64,000 bases of DNA, taken from positions 6,572,001 through 6,636,000 of the forward strand of contig CDPCPM010000022.1 of assembly GCA_976551045.1 (NCBI GenBank), read 5' to 3'. This DNA is from Glaucostegus cemiculus (lineage: Eukaryota). Made by a program: the position numbers and the translations under genes. The notes under the pieces were generated by a model, which did not search any database, was not told where the DNA came from, and saw nothing but the letters and a program-made list of their open reading frames with translations. The number at the start of each line of letters is the position of its first letter. The stretch's first letter is position 1. Shown here one piece after another: positions 61,991-64,000 of the stretch.

Positions 61991-64000
61991 TGTGTGGTGT
62001 TACATCACATAGTCCTGATTACTATCACAGTTAACAGCTTTTAGTTCCAAACCTCCATCTTGTCTACTATGCAGTTTGTTATTAAATAATTTAAGTTAAA
62101 TTAATATTGAGAAGTTAGGTAATCAGGCACCGGTCCTCACGTCTGGCAGACTATCAGTAAGGCCTTCCTATGCCAATGGTCTTCAGTGCCCACTGCTTGA
62201 TGCTATATAAAATACAATGCCTTCACTAACAATCTGGTACTTGACCATAAGATAGCATGGAAATCAGTGGTGTCAAAAGACTGTAAATTACTCCCATAAC
62301 CTACTAGTTTCAGATGACTGTCAAAGGTAGTACATCATGATCCTATGCACATTACATATCTATGCTGAGAAATTTCCACAGTGTGAAACAGCAGGTATTC
62401 TACTCAAACTGAAAGTTCATTTCCCATCTAATCTTTGGGAGTAATTCTTTGTGCTCTCAGTCAGAACCTCATCCATGAGTGTTGCATATCAGAAATCTGT
62501 GTATGTGCTGCTCATATTTTTCATTCTGTGCTAGTGAGAAACAAAAGCCCCAGACTTTAGTATGGATTCAGAAAGTAACTCTAATAACTTTGCTCTTGTA
62601 AAGCGCATTGATGTTGAAAGCCAGTTTTGGCAATGTGGTATGCCTCTGACAATGACCTGCAAGCCAAGTGTTCCTTGGCCCCTGAAGGGGCCATCAAAAC
62701 CAACATCAAGTTCCTCCAAAGAACCCTGCAGGGATCACTGTTTCATTAGCACAGTAAATAAAATGAGGTAGTAGATTTACATTTAGCATCAATCTCCAAA
62801 AACCTAAGCAAATTGTTTTAATGTTACTTTCAAAAGCAAATGTTTAGCAAACTGCCAGTGATATTTGAGTCAATTGCTGGAACTTCTGTCAAATTAGTTT
62901 GTGATGTGTTTATGTTCATAAAAATAGGTTTTGTCCTCAATTTTTGTTGTACAACACTAATTATTATCAGAGCATATGATCGAGGTTCAATGATATAAAA
63001 TACTACGTGATGTAATACGACAGAGCACAGACCAGAACTTCCCAAGTTCAATGTTCACTTTGTATTGTGCTAGCTGTTTTCAGTCAAGTAGTATTGAGTG
63101 ATATAATTGGGCCAAGTAAACCAGGGTTAAGGAGGGCAATTATCAGCAAGTGCTATTGTACCTGTTAACTGTACAATAACCCCTGTTGAAAATGTATGTG
63201 TATGGGCACTGCCAAAGAGCAGCAGTTGCCTTGCTTATGGTGTTCTCAAGCATTCAGTCACCACCTGGCACTCAGTGTCAAAGTTACAACATGAGGAAAT
63301 ATCCTTGGCACATGTTATCCCTAACATTTTTAAAATTATGCCCTAGCAAAACTCAATTGTGGTGAAATTGGTTTAGTTGTGCATTGGCAGCCAGTTCCAC
63401 AGCATAACTGATATTTTTGTTCCACTGCCCTTAATGGAAACAAAAATAAATTGATAAGATGTAAATTTAATTGAAAATTTGAAAGAAGAATGTGATTGAA
63501 CTAACAGCTAAGGATTATCAATAGCCCATATCTTCATCACCACCAAAATATCAGGCTGCAGGTAAGTATAATGCAGTCATTCTTCTGCCAGTGTTAAATA
63601 AATATAACTGTTCACATATTCCTAATATCACCATCAGCTGTTCCATTGGTCTCTCTGACAGCAATTAACCATTTAAAGTTAATTTGCACTGAATCATTGC
63701 CAATTTCCACAGTTGAACTGTGTTATAGAAATTCTCTAAATGCACTTCATTTGCAATGGAAACATTAAAGACCACAAATGGCAGAGACTTTCCTCTTATC
63801 AGTGCACAGTGGGTTTGCACACAAGGTCTGAGGCAAAGGCCATCTAGTTCTACAGTTGAACCCAATTAACAGATTCTTCTTCCATTAATTGTACGTAAAC
63901 AATATTTTGTGTATTTTATGTACTTAGTGTTTCAGTAACATAATAATCCACATCTCATGACAATTATTTTGCAAATGTGCATTATAAGTTTTCAAAAATA

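Overview
This is vertebrate non-coding DNA, most likely from a cartilaginous fish (ray/sawfish-like). The taxon is inferred from the repeat landscape: HE1/V-domain tRNA-SINEs, many CR1 LINEs, Rex1/Babar LINEs, Penelope-type pseudo-LTR fragments and Harbinger remnants. I cannot recognise any host protein-coding exon. Every interpretable ORF in the track is a decayed transposon fragment or its antisense shadow, so the window is intergenic or a large intron. The most interesting structures are: (1) a family of 150-200 bp palindromic mini-elements with 12-14 bp target-site duplications (TSDs) and a variant minimal hammerhead-ribozyme core at the hairpin centre; (2) a minus-strand LINE at ~46.2-52.0 kb that appears to lack ORF1, starts with a tRNA-like SINE head, and hosts four nested insertions; (3) one V-SINE head and body used with two different LINE tails (Rex1-type and CR1-type); (4) a Harbinger transposase relic split by a CR1. 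Family names come from motif recognition and memory, not database searches. Boundaries are approximate (about +/-10-30 bp) except where TSDs define them.
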